From the human T2T-CHM13v2.0 reference genome, Homo sapiens: DNA of 64,000 nt. This document shows, piece after piece, positions 42,653-56,888 of the stretch. The DNA is taken from NCBI RefSeq assembly GCF_009914755.1, contig NC_060948.1; one strand, given 5' to 3'. Numbering within the stretch: position 1 is the stretch's first letter; each line of letters starts with the position of its first letter. Below the pieces are notes generated by a model. That model had not been told where the DNA came from and did not search any database. It was given only the letters and a program-made list of their open reading frames with translations. Both the position numbers and the translations under genes were made by a program.

Positions 42653-45600
42653 GAAAGGACTCGAATGGAAATCACTCGAATAGAATGCAATTTAATAAAA
42701 TAGGATCAAATGTAATGGAATGGAATGGAAAGGAATCGAAACGAAAGGAATGGAGACAGATGGAATGGAATGGAACAGAGAGCAATGGTATAGAATGGAA
42801 TGGAATCATCTGGAATGGAATTGAATGGAATGGAATAATATGAAATGGAATGGAATGGAATGGAATGGAATGCCCTTGAATTAAATGGATTGGAATGGAA
42901 TGGACTCGAACAGAGTGGAATGGAAAGTGTTGAGATAGAATGGAATGGACTCCTTTGGAATGGTGTAGTATGCAATGCAATCGACTGGCAGGGAATCAAA
43001 AGGAATGTAATCGAATGGATTGGACTGGAATGCAGTGGACTCGAATAGATTGGAAACGGAATGCAAAGGAATGGAATGGAATAGTATGGAATGGAATGGA
43101 AAGGAATGGAGTGGAATAGACTAGAGTGGAATGGAATGGACTGGAAAGCAATGGACTGGAATGGAACTTTCTTGAATGGACTGGAATCAAACGGAATGGA
43201 ATGCAATGCAATCAAATGGCATGGAATAAAATAGAATGAAAGAGAATCAAATGGAATTGAATCGAATGGAATCGAATGGATTGGAAAGGAATAGAATGGA
43301 ATGGAATGGAATTGACTCAAATGGAATGGACTAGAATGGAATGGATTCGAATGGAAGGCAAAGGAATGGAATCTATTGGAATGGACTGTAATGGAATGGA
43401 ATGGAAGGGATTGGAATGGACTCGAATGGAATGGACTGCAATAGAAAGGATTCGAATGGAATGAAAAAGAATTGAATGGAATAGAACAGAATGGAATCAA
43501 ATCGAATGAAATGGAATGGAATAGAAAGGAATGGAATGAAATGGAATGGAAAGGATTCGAATGGAATGCAATCGAATGGAATGGAATCGAACGGAATGGA
43601 ATAAAATGGAAGAAAACTGGCAAGAAATGGAATAGAAATGAATGGAGTGTTATGGAACGGACTCAAAAGGAATTGAATGTAATAGAATGGAGTGGAGTGG
43701 ACTCAAATATAATGGACTGGAATGGAATGAAATCACATGGAATGGGAACGAATGGAATGGAATGGAAAGGAATGGAATCGAATGGAAAGGAATCGAATGG
43801 AAGGGAATGAAATTGAATCAACAGGAATGGAAGGGAATAGAATAGACGGTAATGGAATGGACTCGAATAGAATGGACACGAATGCTGAAATTGAATGGAC
43901 TCGAATGGAATGGAAACGAAAGGAATGTCATCGAATGGAATTGAATGGATTGGAATGAAATCGCATAGAATGGAGTGGAATCAAATGGAATTGAATCGAA
44001 AGGAAAGGAAGCGAATGGACTGAAATGAAATGGAATGGAATTGAATGGAAAGTAATGCAATGGAATAGAATGGAACGAAATTTCACGGAATGGAATCAAA
44101 CTGAATGGAATCAAATCAATGGAATCAAATCAAATGGAATGGAAAGGAATTGAATGGAGTAGATTGGATTCGAAGGGATTGGAATGAAATGTACTGGAAA
44201 CGACTCGAATTTCATGAAACGGAATGGAATGAATTGGAACGGAATGGACTCGAATGGAATGGAATGTCATGGAATGGCATCAAATGCTATGGCATCAAAT
44301 GGAATGGAATCGAATGCAATGGAATGCTATGGAATGGAATGGAATGCATTGGAATGGAATGTCCTCTAATGGAATGGATTCGAGTGGAATGGAATCGAAT
44401 ATAATGGAGTCGAATGAAATGGAATTGAAAGGAGTGGGATCGAATACAATGGAATATACTGGAATGTAATGCAATGAACTCGAATGTAATTGACTGGAAT
44501 GGAATGTACATGAATGGAATGTAATCGAATGGAAAGTAATCCAATGGAATAGAATCTAATGCAATAAAACCGACTCAGATAGAGTAGAATGTAATGGAAT
44601 GGAGTGCAGTGCAATGGAATGGAATGGAATGGAATGCAATGGAATGGAATGGATTGGAATGGAATGGAATGGAATGGAATGGAATGGGATGGAATGGGAT
44701 GGAATGGATAGTAATGGACTGGAGTGAAATGGACTGGAAAGGAATGGACTCAAATTGAAAGGGCTCGAAAAGAATGGAGTCAAATGGAATGGTCTGGAAT
44801 GGAATGAACACGAATGTAATGCAATCCAATAGAATGGAATCGAATGGCATGGAATATAAAGAAATGGAATCGAAGAGAATGGAAACAAATGGAATGGAAT
44901 TGAATGGAATGGGAACGAATGGAGTGAAATTGTATGCAGTAGAAGGGAATAGAATGGAATGCAAGCGAAAGGAAAGGAATGGATTGGAATGGAATGGAAT
45001 TCATTGGAATGGAAGGGAATGTAGTGTAATGGACAGGCCTGGAATAAAGTGGAATGCTACGGTCTCGAATGGAATAAAAATGTATGAAATGGAATGCAAT
45101 GAAACGGAATCGAATGTCATAGAATGTAATGGAATGCAAAAAAATGGAATCCAAAATCATTGACTGGAAAGGCTGGGTGTCGAAAGGAATTGACTCCAAT
45201 GGAATGGAATCGAATGGAATGGAAGTGAATAGAATCGAACTAAATCGAATGGAATGGAATTGATAGGAACGGAATGGAAAGGAATGCAATGATTTGGCAT
45301 GGAATGGAATCGAATGGCATCGAATGGAATGGAATGGAATGCAATGGAATGGAATGTATTAGAATGTAATGAACTTTAATGGAATGTACTCGAATGGATT
45401 CGACTGGAATGGAATGTTCTGGAAGTGAATGGACTCCAATGGAATGGATTCAAAAGGAATGGAATCGTACGGAATGGAATCTAATGGAATGGAATTAAAT
45501 GGAAATGAATCAAATTGAATAGCACGGAATTGAATTGAATGGAATGGAATGCAATGGAATCTAATGAAACGGAAAGGAAAGGAATGGAATGGAATGGAAT

Positions 45601-46206
45601 GGGCTGGAATGGAAAGGAATCGAAACGAATGGAATGGAATCGAACTGAAGAGACTGGAATGGAATGCACTGGAATGGAAGGGAGTGTAATGGAAGGTTCT
45701 CGAAAAAAATGGAATGGAATGGAATGGAATTGAATGGAACGGAATAGAGTCGAATGGAATTGAATGGAATGGAATGGACTAGAGTGAAATGGAATCGAAC
45801 CACAAGGAATGGACAGGAATAGAATGGTCTCGAATTGAATGGAATCGTATGGAATGGCATCAAACGGAATGGAATGGACAGCCACGGAATGGAATGCACT
45901 CGAATGCAATGGAGTCGAAACTAATGGACTGGAATAGAATGGACTCGACTGGTACGGACTCCAATGGAATGGAATCGAATGGAAGGGAATCGAACGGAAT
46001 GGACTCGAAGGGAAAAGACTGCAATGGAAAGGTCTCGAATGGAATGGAAATTAATGGAATGGAATGGAATCGAATGAAATGGAGTCAAAAGGAATGGAAT
46101 CGAATGGCAAGAAATCGAATGTAATGGAATCGCAAGGAATTGATGTGAACGGAACGGAATGGAATGGAATCCAAAGGAATGGAATAGAATGGAATGGAAT
46201 CGAATG
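42653..46206 (+). repeat. DYZ1 unit 13 (3,554 bp)
   Basis: ORF-track offsets 42640 and 46194. Confidence 0.9.
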
Positions 46207-49200
46207 GAAAGGACTCGAATGGAAATCACTCGAATAGAATGCAATTTAATAAAATAGGATCAAATGTAATGGAATGGAATGGAAAGGAATCGAAACGAAA
46301 GGAATGGAGACAGATGGAATGGAATGGAACAGAGAGCAATGGTATAGAATGGAATGGAATCATCTGGAATGGAATTGAATGGAATGGAATAATATGAAAT
46401 GGAATGGAATGGAATGGAATGGAATGCCCTTGAATTAAATGGACTGGAATGGAATGGACTCGAACAGAGTGGAATGGAAAGTGTTGAGATAGAATGGAAT
46501 GGACTCCTTTGGAATGGTGTAGTATGCAATGCAATCGACTGGCAGGGAATCAAAAGGAATGTAATGGAATGGATTGGACTGGAATGCAATGGACTCGAAT
46601 AGATTGGAAACGGAATGCAAAGGAATGGAATGGAATAGTATGGAATGGAATGGAAAGGAATGGAGTGGAATAGACTAGAGTGGAATGGAATGGACTGGAA
46701 AGCAATGGACTGGAATGGAACTTTCTTGAATGGACTGGAATCAAACGGAATGGAATGCAATGCAATCAAATGGCATGGAATAAAATAGAATGAAAGAGAA
46801 TCAAATGGAATTGAATCGAATGGAATCGAATGGATTGGAAAGGAATAGAATGGAATGGAATGGAATGGACTCAAATGGAATGGACTAGAATGGAATGGAT
46901 TCGAATGGAAGGCAAAGGAATGGAATCTATTGGAATGGACTGTAATGGAATGGAATGGAAGGGATTGGAATGGACTCGAATGGAATGGACTGCAATAGAA
47001 AGGATTCGAATGGAATGAAAAAGAATTGAATGGAATAGAACAGAATGGAATCAAATCGAATGAAATGGAATGGAATAGAAAGGAATGGAATGAAATGGAA
47101 TGGAAAGGATTCGAATGGAATGCAATCGAATGGAATGGAATCGAACGGAATGGAATAAAATGGAAGAAAACTGGCAAGAAATGGAATCGAAATGAATGGA
47201 GTGTTATGGAACGGACTCAAAAGGAATTGAATGTAATAGAATGGAGTGGAGTGGACTCGAATATAATGGACTGGAATGGAATGAAATCACATGGAATGGG
47301 AACGAATGGAATGGAATGGAAAGGAATGGAATCGAATGGAAAGGAATCGAATGGAAGGGAATGAAATTGAATCAACAGGAATGGAAGGGAATAGAATAGA
47401 CGGTAATGGAATGGACTCGAATAGAATGGACACGAATGCTGAAATTGAATGGACTCGAATGGAATGGAAACGAAAGGAATGTCATCGAATGGAATTGAAT
47501 GGATTGGAATGAAATCGCATAGAATGGAGTGGAATCAAATGGAATTGAATCGAAAGGAAAGGAAGCGAATGGACTGAAATGAAATGGAATGGAATTGAAT
47601 GGAAAGTAATGCAATGGAATAGAATGGAACGAAATTTCACGGAATGGAATCAAACTGAATGGAATCAAATCAATGGAATCAAATCAAATGGAATGGAAAG
47701 GAATTGAATGGAGTAGATTGGATTGGATGGGATTGGAATGAAATGTACTGGAAAGGACTCGAATTTCATGAAACGGAATGGAATGAATTGGAACGGAATG
47801 GACTCGAATGGAATGGAATGTCATGGAATGGCATCAAATGGAATGGCATCAAATGGAATGGAATCGAATGCAATGGAATGCTATGGAATGGAATGGAATG
47901 CATTGGAATGGAATGTCCTGTAATGGAATGGATTCGAGTGGAATGGAATCGAATATAATGGAGTCGAATGAAATGGAATTGAAAGGAGTGGGATCGAATA
48001 CAATGGAATATACTGGAATGTAATGTAATGAACTCGAATGTAAGTGACTGGAATGGAATGTACATGAATGGAATGTAATCGAATGGAAAGTAATCCAATG
48101 GAATAGAATCTAATGCAATAAAACCGACTCAGATAGAGTAGAATGTAATGGAATGGAGTGCAGTGCAATGGAATGGAATGGAATGGAATGCAATGGAATG
48201 GAATGGAATGGAATGGAATGGAATGGAATGGGATGGAATGGTATGGAATGGATAGTAATGGACTGGAGTGAAATGGACTGGAAAGGAATGGACTCAAATT
48301 GAAAGGGCTCGAAAGGAATGGAGTCAAATGGAATGGTCTGGAATGGAATGAACACGAATGTAATGCAATCCAATAGAATGGAATCGAATGGCATGGAATA
48401 TAAAGAAATGGAATCGAAGAGAATGGAAACAAATGGAATGGAATTGAATGGAATGGAATTGAATGGAATGGGAACGAATGGAGTGAAATTGTATGCAGTA
48501 GAAGGGAATAGAATGGAATGCAAGCGAAAGGAAAGGAATGGATTGGAATGGAATGGAATTCATTGGAATGGAAGGGAATGTAGTGTAATGGACAGGCCTG
48601 GAATAAAGTGGAATGCTACGGTCTCGAATGGAATAAAAATGTATGGAATGGAATGCAATGAAACGGAATCGAATGTCATAGAATGTAATGGAATGCAAAA
48701 AAATGGAATCCAAAATCATTGACTGGAAAGGCTGGGTGTCGAAAGGAATTGACTCCAATGGAATGGAATCGAATGGAATGGAAGTGAATAGAATCGAACT
48801 AAATCGAATGGAATGGAATTGATAGGAACGGAATGGAAAGGAATGCAATGATTTGGCATGGAATGGAATCGAATGGCATCGAATGGAATGGAATGGAATG
48901 CAATGGAATGGAATGTATTAGAATGTAATGAACTTTAATGGAATGTACTCGAATGGATTCGACTGGAATGGAATGTTCTGGAAGTGAATGGACTCCAATG
49001 GAATGGATTCAAAAGGAATGGAATCGTACGGAATGGAATCTAATGGAATGGAATTAAATGGAAATGAATCAAATTGAATAGCACGGAATTGAATTGAATG
49101 GAATGGAATGCAATGGAATCTAATGAAACGGAAAGGAAAGGAATGGAATGGAATGGAATGGGCTGGAATGGAAAGGAATCGAAACGAATGGAATGGAATC

Positions 49201-49765
49201 GAACTGAAGAGACTGGAATGGAATGCACTGGAATGGAAGGGAGTGTAATGGAAGGTTCTCGAAAAAAATGGAATCGAATGGAATGGAATTGAATGGAACG
49301 GAATAGAGTCGAATGGAATTGAATGGAATGGAATGGACTAGAGTGAAATGGAATCGAACCACAAGGAATGGACAGGAATAGAATGGTCTCGAATTGAATG
49401 GAATCGTATGGAATGGCATCAAACGGAATGGAATGGACAGCCACGGAATGGAATGCACTCGAATGCAATGGAGTCGAAACTAATGGACTGGAATAGAATG
49501 GACTCGACTGGTACGGACTCCAATGGAATGGAATCGAATGGAAGGGAATCGAACGGAATGGACTCGAAGGGAAAAGACTGCAATGGAAAGGTCTCGAAAG
49601 GAATGGAAATTAATGGAATGGAATGGAATCGAATGAAATGGAGTCAAAAGGAATGGAATCGAATGGCAAGAAATCGAATGTAATGGAATCGCAAGGAATT
49701 GATGTGAACGGAACGGAATGGAATGGAATCCAAAGGAATGGAATAGAATGGAATGGAATCGAATG
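46207..49765 (+). repeat. DYZ1 unit 14 (3,559 bp; copy of unit 12)
   Basis: ORF-track offsets 46194 and 49753; shares diagnostic variants with unit 12. Confidence 0.9.
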
Positions 49766-52700
49766 GAAAGGACTCGAATGGAAATCACTCGAATAGAATG
49801 CAATTTAATAAAATAGGATCAAATGTAATGGAATGGAATGGAAAGGAATCGAAACGAAAGGAATGGAGACAGATGGAATGGAATGGAACAGAGAGCAATG
49901 GTATAGAATGGAATGGAATCATCTGGAATGGAATTGAATGGAATGGAATAATATGAAATGGAATGGAATGGAATGGAATGGAATGCCCTTGAATTAAATG
50001 GATTGGAATGGAATGGACTCGAACAGAGTGGAATGGAAAGTGTTGAGATAGAATGGAATGGACTCCTTTGGAATGGTGTAGTATGCAATGCAATCGACTG
50101 GCAGGGAATCAAAAGGAATGTAATCGAATGGATTGGACTGGAATGCAGTGGACTCGAATAGATTGGAAACGGAATGCAAAGGAATGGAATGGAATAGTAT
50201 GGAATGGAATGGAAAGGAATGGAGTGGAATAGACTAGAGTGGAATGGAATGGACTGGAAAGCAATGGACTGGAATGGAACTTTCTTGAATGGACTGGAAT
50301 CAAACGGAATGGAATGCAATGCAATCAAATGGCATGGAATAAAATAGAATGAAAGAGAATCAAATGGAATTGAATCGAATGGAATCGAATGGATTGGAAA
50401 GGAATAGAATGGAATGGAATGGAATTGACTCAAATGGAATGGACTAGAATGGAATGGATTCGAATGGAAGGCAAAGGAATGGAATCTATTGGAATGGACT
50501 GTAATGGAATGGAATGGAAGGGATTGGAATGGACTCGAATGGAATGGACTGCAATAGAAAGGATTCGAATGGAATGAAAAAGAATTGAATGGAATAGAAC
50601 AGAATGGAATCAAATCGAATGAAATGGAATGGAATAGAAAGGAATGGAATGAAATGGAATGGAAAGGATTCGAATGGAATGCAATCGAATGGAATGGAAT
50701 CGAACGGAATGGAATAAAATGGAAGAAAACTGGCAAGAAATGGAATAGAAATGAATGGAGTGTTATGGAACGGACTCAAAAGGAATTGAATGTAATAGAA
50801 TGGAGTGGAGTGGACTCAAATATAATGGACTGGAATGGAATGAAATCACATGGAATGGGAACGAATGGAATGGAATGGAAAGGAATGGAATCGAATGGAA
50901 AGGAATCGAATGGAAGGGAATGAAATTGAATCAACAGGAATGGAAGGGAATAGAATAGACGGTAATGGAATGGACTCGAATAGAATGGACACGAATGCTG
51001 AAATTGAATGGACTCGAATGGAATGGAAACGAAAGGAATGTCATCGAATGGAATTGAATGGATTGGAATGAAATCGCATAGAATGGAGTGGAATCAAATG
51101 GAATTGAATCGAAAGGAAAGGAAGCGAATGGACTGAAATGAAATGGAATGGAATTGAATGGAAAGTAATGCAATGGAATAGAATGGAACGAAATTTCACG
51201 GAATGGAATCAAACTGAATGGAATCAAATCAATGGAATCAAATCAAATGGAATGGAAAGGAATTGAATGGAGTAGATTGGATTCGAAGGGATTGGAATGA
51301 AATGTACTGGAAACGACTCGAATTTCATGAAACGGAATGGAATGAATTGGAACGGAATGGACTCGAATGGAATGGAATGTCATGGAATGGCATCAAATGC
51401 TATGGCATCAAATGGAATGGAATCGAATGCAATGGAATGCTATGGAATGGAATGGAATGCATTGGAATGGAATGTCCTCTAATGGAATGGATTCGAGTGG
51501 AATGGAATCGAATATAATGGAGTCGAATGAAATGGAATTGAAAGGAGTGGGATCGAATACAATGGAATATACTGGAATGTAATGCAATGAACTCGAATGT
51601 AATTGACTGGAATGGAATGTACATGAATGGAATGTAATCGAATGGAAAGTAATCCAATGGAATAGAATCTAATGCAATAAAACCGACTCAGATAGAGTAG
51701 AATGTAATGGAATGGAGTGCAGTGCAATGGAATGGAATGGAATGGAATGCAATGGAATGGAATGGAATGGAATGGAATGGAATGGAATGGAATGGGATGG
51801 AATGGGATGGAATGGATAGTAATGGACTGGAGTGAAATGGACTGGAAAGGAATGGACTCAAATTGAAAGGGCTCGAAAAGAATGGAGTCAAATGGAATGG
51901 TCTGGAATGGAATGAACACGAATGTAATGCAATCCAATAGAATGGAATCGAATGGCATGGAATATAAAGAAATGGAATCGAAGAGAATGGAAACAAATGG
52001 AATGGAATTGAATGGAATGGGAACGAATGGAGTGAAATTGTATGCAGTAGAAGGGAATAGAATGGAATGCAAGCGAAAGGAAAGGAATGGATTGGAATGG
52101 AATGGAATTCATTGGAATGGAAGGGAATGTAGTGTAATGGACAGGCCTGGAATAAAGTGGAATGCTACGGTCTCGAATGGAATAAAAATGTATGAAATGG
52201 AATGCAATGAAACGGAATCGAATGTCATAGAATGTAATGGAATGCAAAAAAATGGAATCCAAAATCATTGACTGGAAAGGCTGGGTGTCGAAAGGAATTG
52301 ACTCCAATGGAATGGAATCGAATGGAATGGAAGTGAATAGAATCGAACTAAATCGAATGGAATGGAATTGATAGGAACGGAATGGAAAGGAATGCAATGA
52401 TTTGGCATGGAATGGAATCGAATGGCATCGAATGGAATGGAATGGAATGCAATGGAATGGAATGTATTAGAATGTAATGAACTTTAATGGAATGTACTCG
52501 AATGGATTCGACTGGAATGGAATGTTCTGGAAGTGAATGGACTCCAATGGAATGGATTCAAAAGGAATGGAATCGTACGGAATGGAATCTAATGGAATGG
52601 AATTAAATGGAAATGAATCAAATTGAATAGCACGGAATTGAATTGAATGGAATGGAATGCAATGGAATCTAATGAAACGGAAAGGAAAGGAATGGAATGG

Positions 52701-53314
52701 AATGGAATGGGCTGGAATGGAAAGGAATCGAAACGAATGGAATGGAATCGAACTGAAGAGACTGGAATGGAATGCACTGGAATGGAAGGGAGTGTAATGG
52801 AAGGTTCTCGAAAAAAATGGAATCGAATGGAATGGAATTGAATGGAACGGAATAGAGTCGAATGGAATTGAATGGAATGGAATGGACTAGAGTGAAATGG
52901 AATCGAACCACAAGGAATGGACAGGAATAGAATGGTCTCGAATTGAATGGAATCGTATGGAATGGCATCAAACGGAATGGAATGGACAGCCACGGAATGG
53001 AATGCACTCGAATGCAATGGAGTCGAAACTAATGGACTGGAATAGAATGGACTCGACTGGTACGGACTCCAATGGAATGGAATCGAATGGAAGGGAATCG
53101 AACGGAATGGACTCGAAGGGAAAAGACTGCAATGGAAAGGTCTCGAATGGAATGGAAATTAATGGAATGGAATGGAATCGAATGAAATGGAGTCAAAAGG
53201 AATGGAATCGAATGGCAAGAAATCGAATGTAATGGAATCGCAAGGAATTGATGTGAACGGAACGGAATGGAATGGAATCCAAAGGAATGGAATAGAATGG
53301 AATGGAATCGAATG
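49766..53314 (+). repeat. DYZ1 unit 15 (3,549 bp; copy of unit 13)
   Basis: ORF-track offsets 49753 and 53302; shares diagnostic variants with unit 13. Confidence 0.9.
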
Positions 53315-56300
53315 GAAAGGACTCGAATGGAAATCACTCGAATAGAATGCAATTTAATAAAATAGGATCAAATGTAATGGAATGGAATGGAAAGGAATCG
53401 AAACGAAAGGAATGGAGACAGATGGAATGGAATGGAACAGAGAGCAATGGTATAGAATGGAATGGAATCATCTGGAATGGAATTGAATGGAATGGAATAA
53501 TATGAAATGGAATGGAATGGAATGGAATGGAATGTCCTTGAATTAAATGGACTGGAATGGAATGGACTCGAACAGAGTGGAATGGAAAGTGTTGAGATAG
53601 AATGCAATGGACTCCTTTGGAATGGTGTAGTATGCAATGCAATCGACTGGCAGGGAATCAAAAGGAATGTAATGGAATGGATTGGACTGGAATGCAATGG
53701 ACTCGAATAGATTGGAAACGGAATGCAAAGGAATGGAATGGAATAGTATGGAATGGAATGGAAAGGAATGGAGTGGAATAGACTAGAGTGGAATGGAATG
53801 GACTGGAAAGCAATGGACTGGAATGGAACTTTCTTGAATGGACTGGAATCAAACGTACTGGAATGCAGTGCAATCAAATGGCATGGAATAAAATAGAATG
53901 AAAGAGAATCAAATGGAATTGAATCGAATGGAATCGAATGGATTGGAAAGGAATAGAATGGAATGGAATGGAATTGACTCAAATGGAATGGACTAGAATG
54001 GAATGGATTCGAATGGAAGGCAAAGGAATGGAATCTATTGGAATGGACTGTAATGGAATGGAATGGAAGGGATTGGAATGGACTCGAATGGAATGGACTG
54101 CAATAGAAAGGATTCGAATGGAATGAAAAAGAATTGAATGGAATAGAACAGAATGGAATCAAATCGAATGAAATGGAATGGAATAGAAAGGAATGGAATG
54201 AAATGGAATGGAAAGGATTCGAATGGAATGCAATCGAATGGAATGGAATCGAACGGAATGGAATAAAATGGAAGAAAACTGGCAAGAAATGGAATCGAAA
54301 TGAATGGAGTGTTATGGAACGGACTCAAAAGGAATTGAATGTAATAGAATGGAGTGGAGTGGACTCGAATATAATGGACTGGAATGGAATGAAATCACAT
54401 GGAATGGGAACGAATGGAATGGAATGGAAAGGAATGGAATCGAATGGAAAGGAATCGAACGGAAGGGAATGAAATTGAATCAACAGGAATGGAAGGGAAT
54501 AGAATAGACGGTAATGGAATGGACTCGAATAGAATGGACACGAATGCTCAAATCGAATGGACTCGAATGGAATGGAAACGAAAGGAATGTCATCGAATGG
54601 AATTGAATGGATTGGAATGAAATCGCATAGAATGGAGTGGAATCAAATGGAATTGAATCGAAAGGAAAGGAAGCGAATGGACTGAAATGAAATGGAATGG
54701 AATTGAATGGAAAGTAATGCAATGGAATAGAATGGAAAGAAATTTCACGGAATGGAATCAAACTGAATGGAATCAAATCAATGGAATCAAATCAAATGGA
54801 ATGGAAAGGAATTGAATGGAGTAGATTGGATTGGATGGGATTGGAATGAAATGTACTGGAAAGGACTCGAATTTCATGAAACGGAATGGAATGAATTGGA
54901 ACGGAATGGACTCGAATGGAATGGAATGTCATGGAATGGCATCAAATGGAATGGCATCAAATGGAATGGAATCGAATGCAATGGAATGCTATGGAATGGA
55001 ATGGAATGCATTGGAATGGAATGTCCTCTAATGGAATGGATTCGAGTGGAATGGAATCGAATATAATGGAGTCGAATGAAATGGAATTGAAAGGAATGGG
55101 ATCGAATACAATGGAATATACTGGAATGTAATGTAATGAACTCGAATGTAATTGACTGGAATGGAATGTACATGAATGGAATGTAATCGAATGGAAAGTA
55201 ATCCAATGGAATAGAATCTAATGCAATAAAATCGACTCAGATAGAGTAGAATGTAATGGAATGGAGTGCAGTGCAATGGAATGGAATGGAATGGAATGCA
55301 ATGGAATGGAATGGAATGGAATGGAATGGAATGGAATGGAATGGAATGGAATGGGATGGAATGGTATGGAATGGATAGTAATGGACTGGAGTGAAATGGA
55401 CTGGAAAGGAATGGACTCAAATTGAAAGGGCTCGAAAGGAATGGAGTCAAATGGAATGGTCTGGAATGGAATGAACACGAATGTAATGCAATCCAATAGA
55501 ATGGAATCGAATGGCATGGAATATAAAGAAATGGAATCGAAGAGAATGGAAACAAATGGAATGGAATTGAATGGAATGGAATTGAATGGAATGGGAACGA
55601 ATGCAGTGAAATTGTATGCAGTAGAAGGGAATAGAATGGAATGCAAGCGAAAGGAAAGGAATGGATTGGAATGGAATGGAATTCATTGGAATGGAAGGGA
55701 ATGTAGTGTAATGGACAGGCCTGGAATAAAGTGGAATGCTACGGTCTCGAATGGAATAAAAATGTATGGAATGGAATGCAATGAAACGGAATCGAATGTC
55801 ATAGAATGTAATGGAATGCAAAAAAATGGAATCCAAAATCATTGACTGGAAAGGCTGGGTGTCGAAAGGAATTGACTCCAATGGAATGGAATCGAATGGA
55901 ATGGAAGTGAATAGAATCGAACTAAATCGAATGGAATGGAATTGATAGGAACGGAATGGAAAGGAATGCAATGATTTGGCATGGAATGGAATCGAATGGC
56001 ATCGAATGGAATGGAATGGAATGCAATGGAATGGAATGTATTAGAATGTAATGAACTTTAATGGAATGTACTCGAATGGATTCGACTGGAATGGAATGTT
56101 CTGGAAGTGAATGGACTCCAATGGAATGGATTCAAAAGGAATGGAATCGTACGGAATGGAATCTAATGGAATGGAATTAAATGGAAATGAATCAAATTGA
56201 ATAGCACGGAATTGAATTGAATGGAATGGAATGCAATGGAATCTAATGAAACGGAAAGGAAAGGAATGGAATGGAATGGAATGGGCTGGAATGGAAAGGA

Positions 56301-56888
56301 ATCGAAACGAATGGAATGGAATCGAACTGAAGAGACTGGAATGGAATGCACTGGAATGGAAGGGAGTGTAATGGAAGGTTCTCGAAAAAAATGGAATCGA
56401 ATGGAATGGAATTGAATGGAACGGAATAGAGTCGAATGGAATTGAATGGAATGGAATGGACTAGAGTGAAATGGAATCGAACCACAAGGAATGGACAGGA
56501 ATAGAATGGTCTCGAATTGAATGGAATCGTATGGAATGGCATCAAACGGAATGGAATGGACAGCCACGGAATGGAATGCACTCGAATGCAATGGAGTCGA
56601 AACTAATGGACTGGAATAGAATGGACTCGACTGGTACGGACTCCAATGGAATGGAATCGAATGGAAGGGAATCGAACGGAATGGACTCGAAGGGAAAAGA
56701 CTGCAATGGAAAGGTCTCGAATGGAATGGAAATTAATGGAATGGAATGGAATCGAATGAAATGGAGTCAAAAGGAATGGAATCGAATGGCAAGAAATCGA
56801 ATGTAATGGAATCGCAAGGAATTGATGTGAACGGAACGGAATGGAATGGAATCCAAAGGAATGGAATAGAATGGAATGGAATCGAATG
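53315..56888 (+). repeat. DYZ1 unit 16 (3,574 bp)
   Basis: ORF-track offsets 53302 and 56876. Confidence 0.9.
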
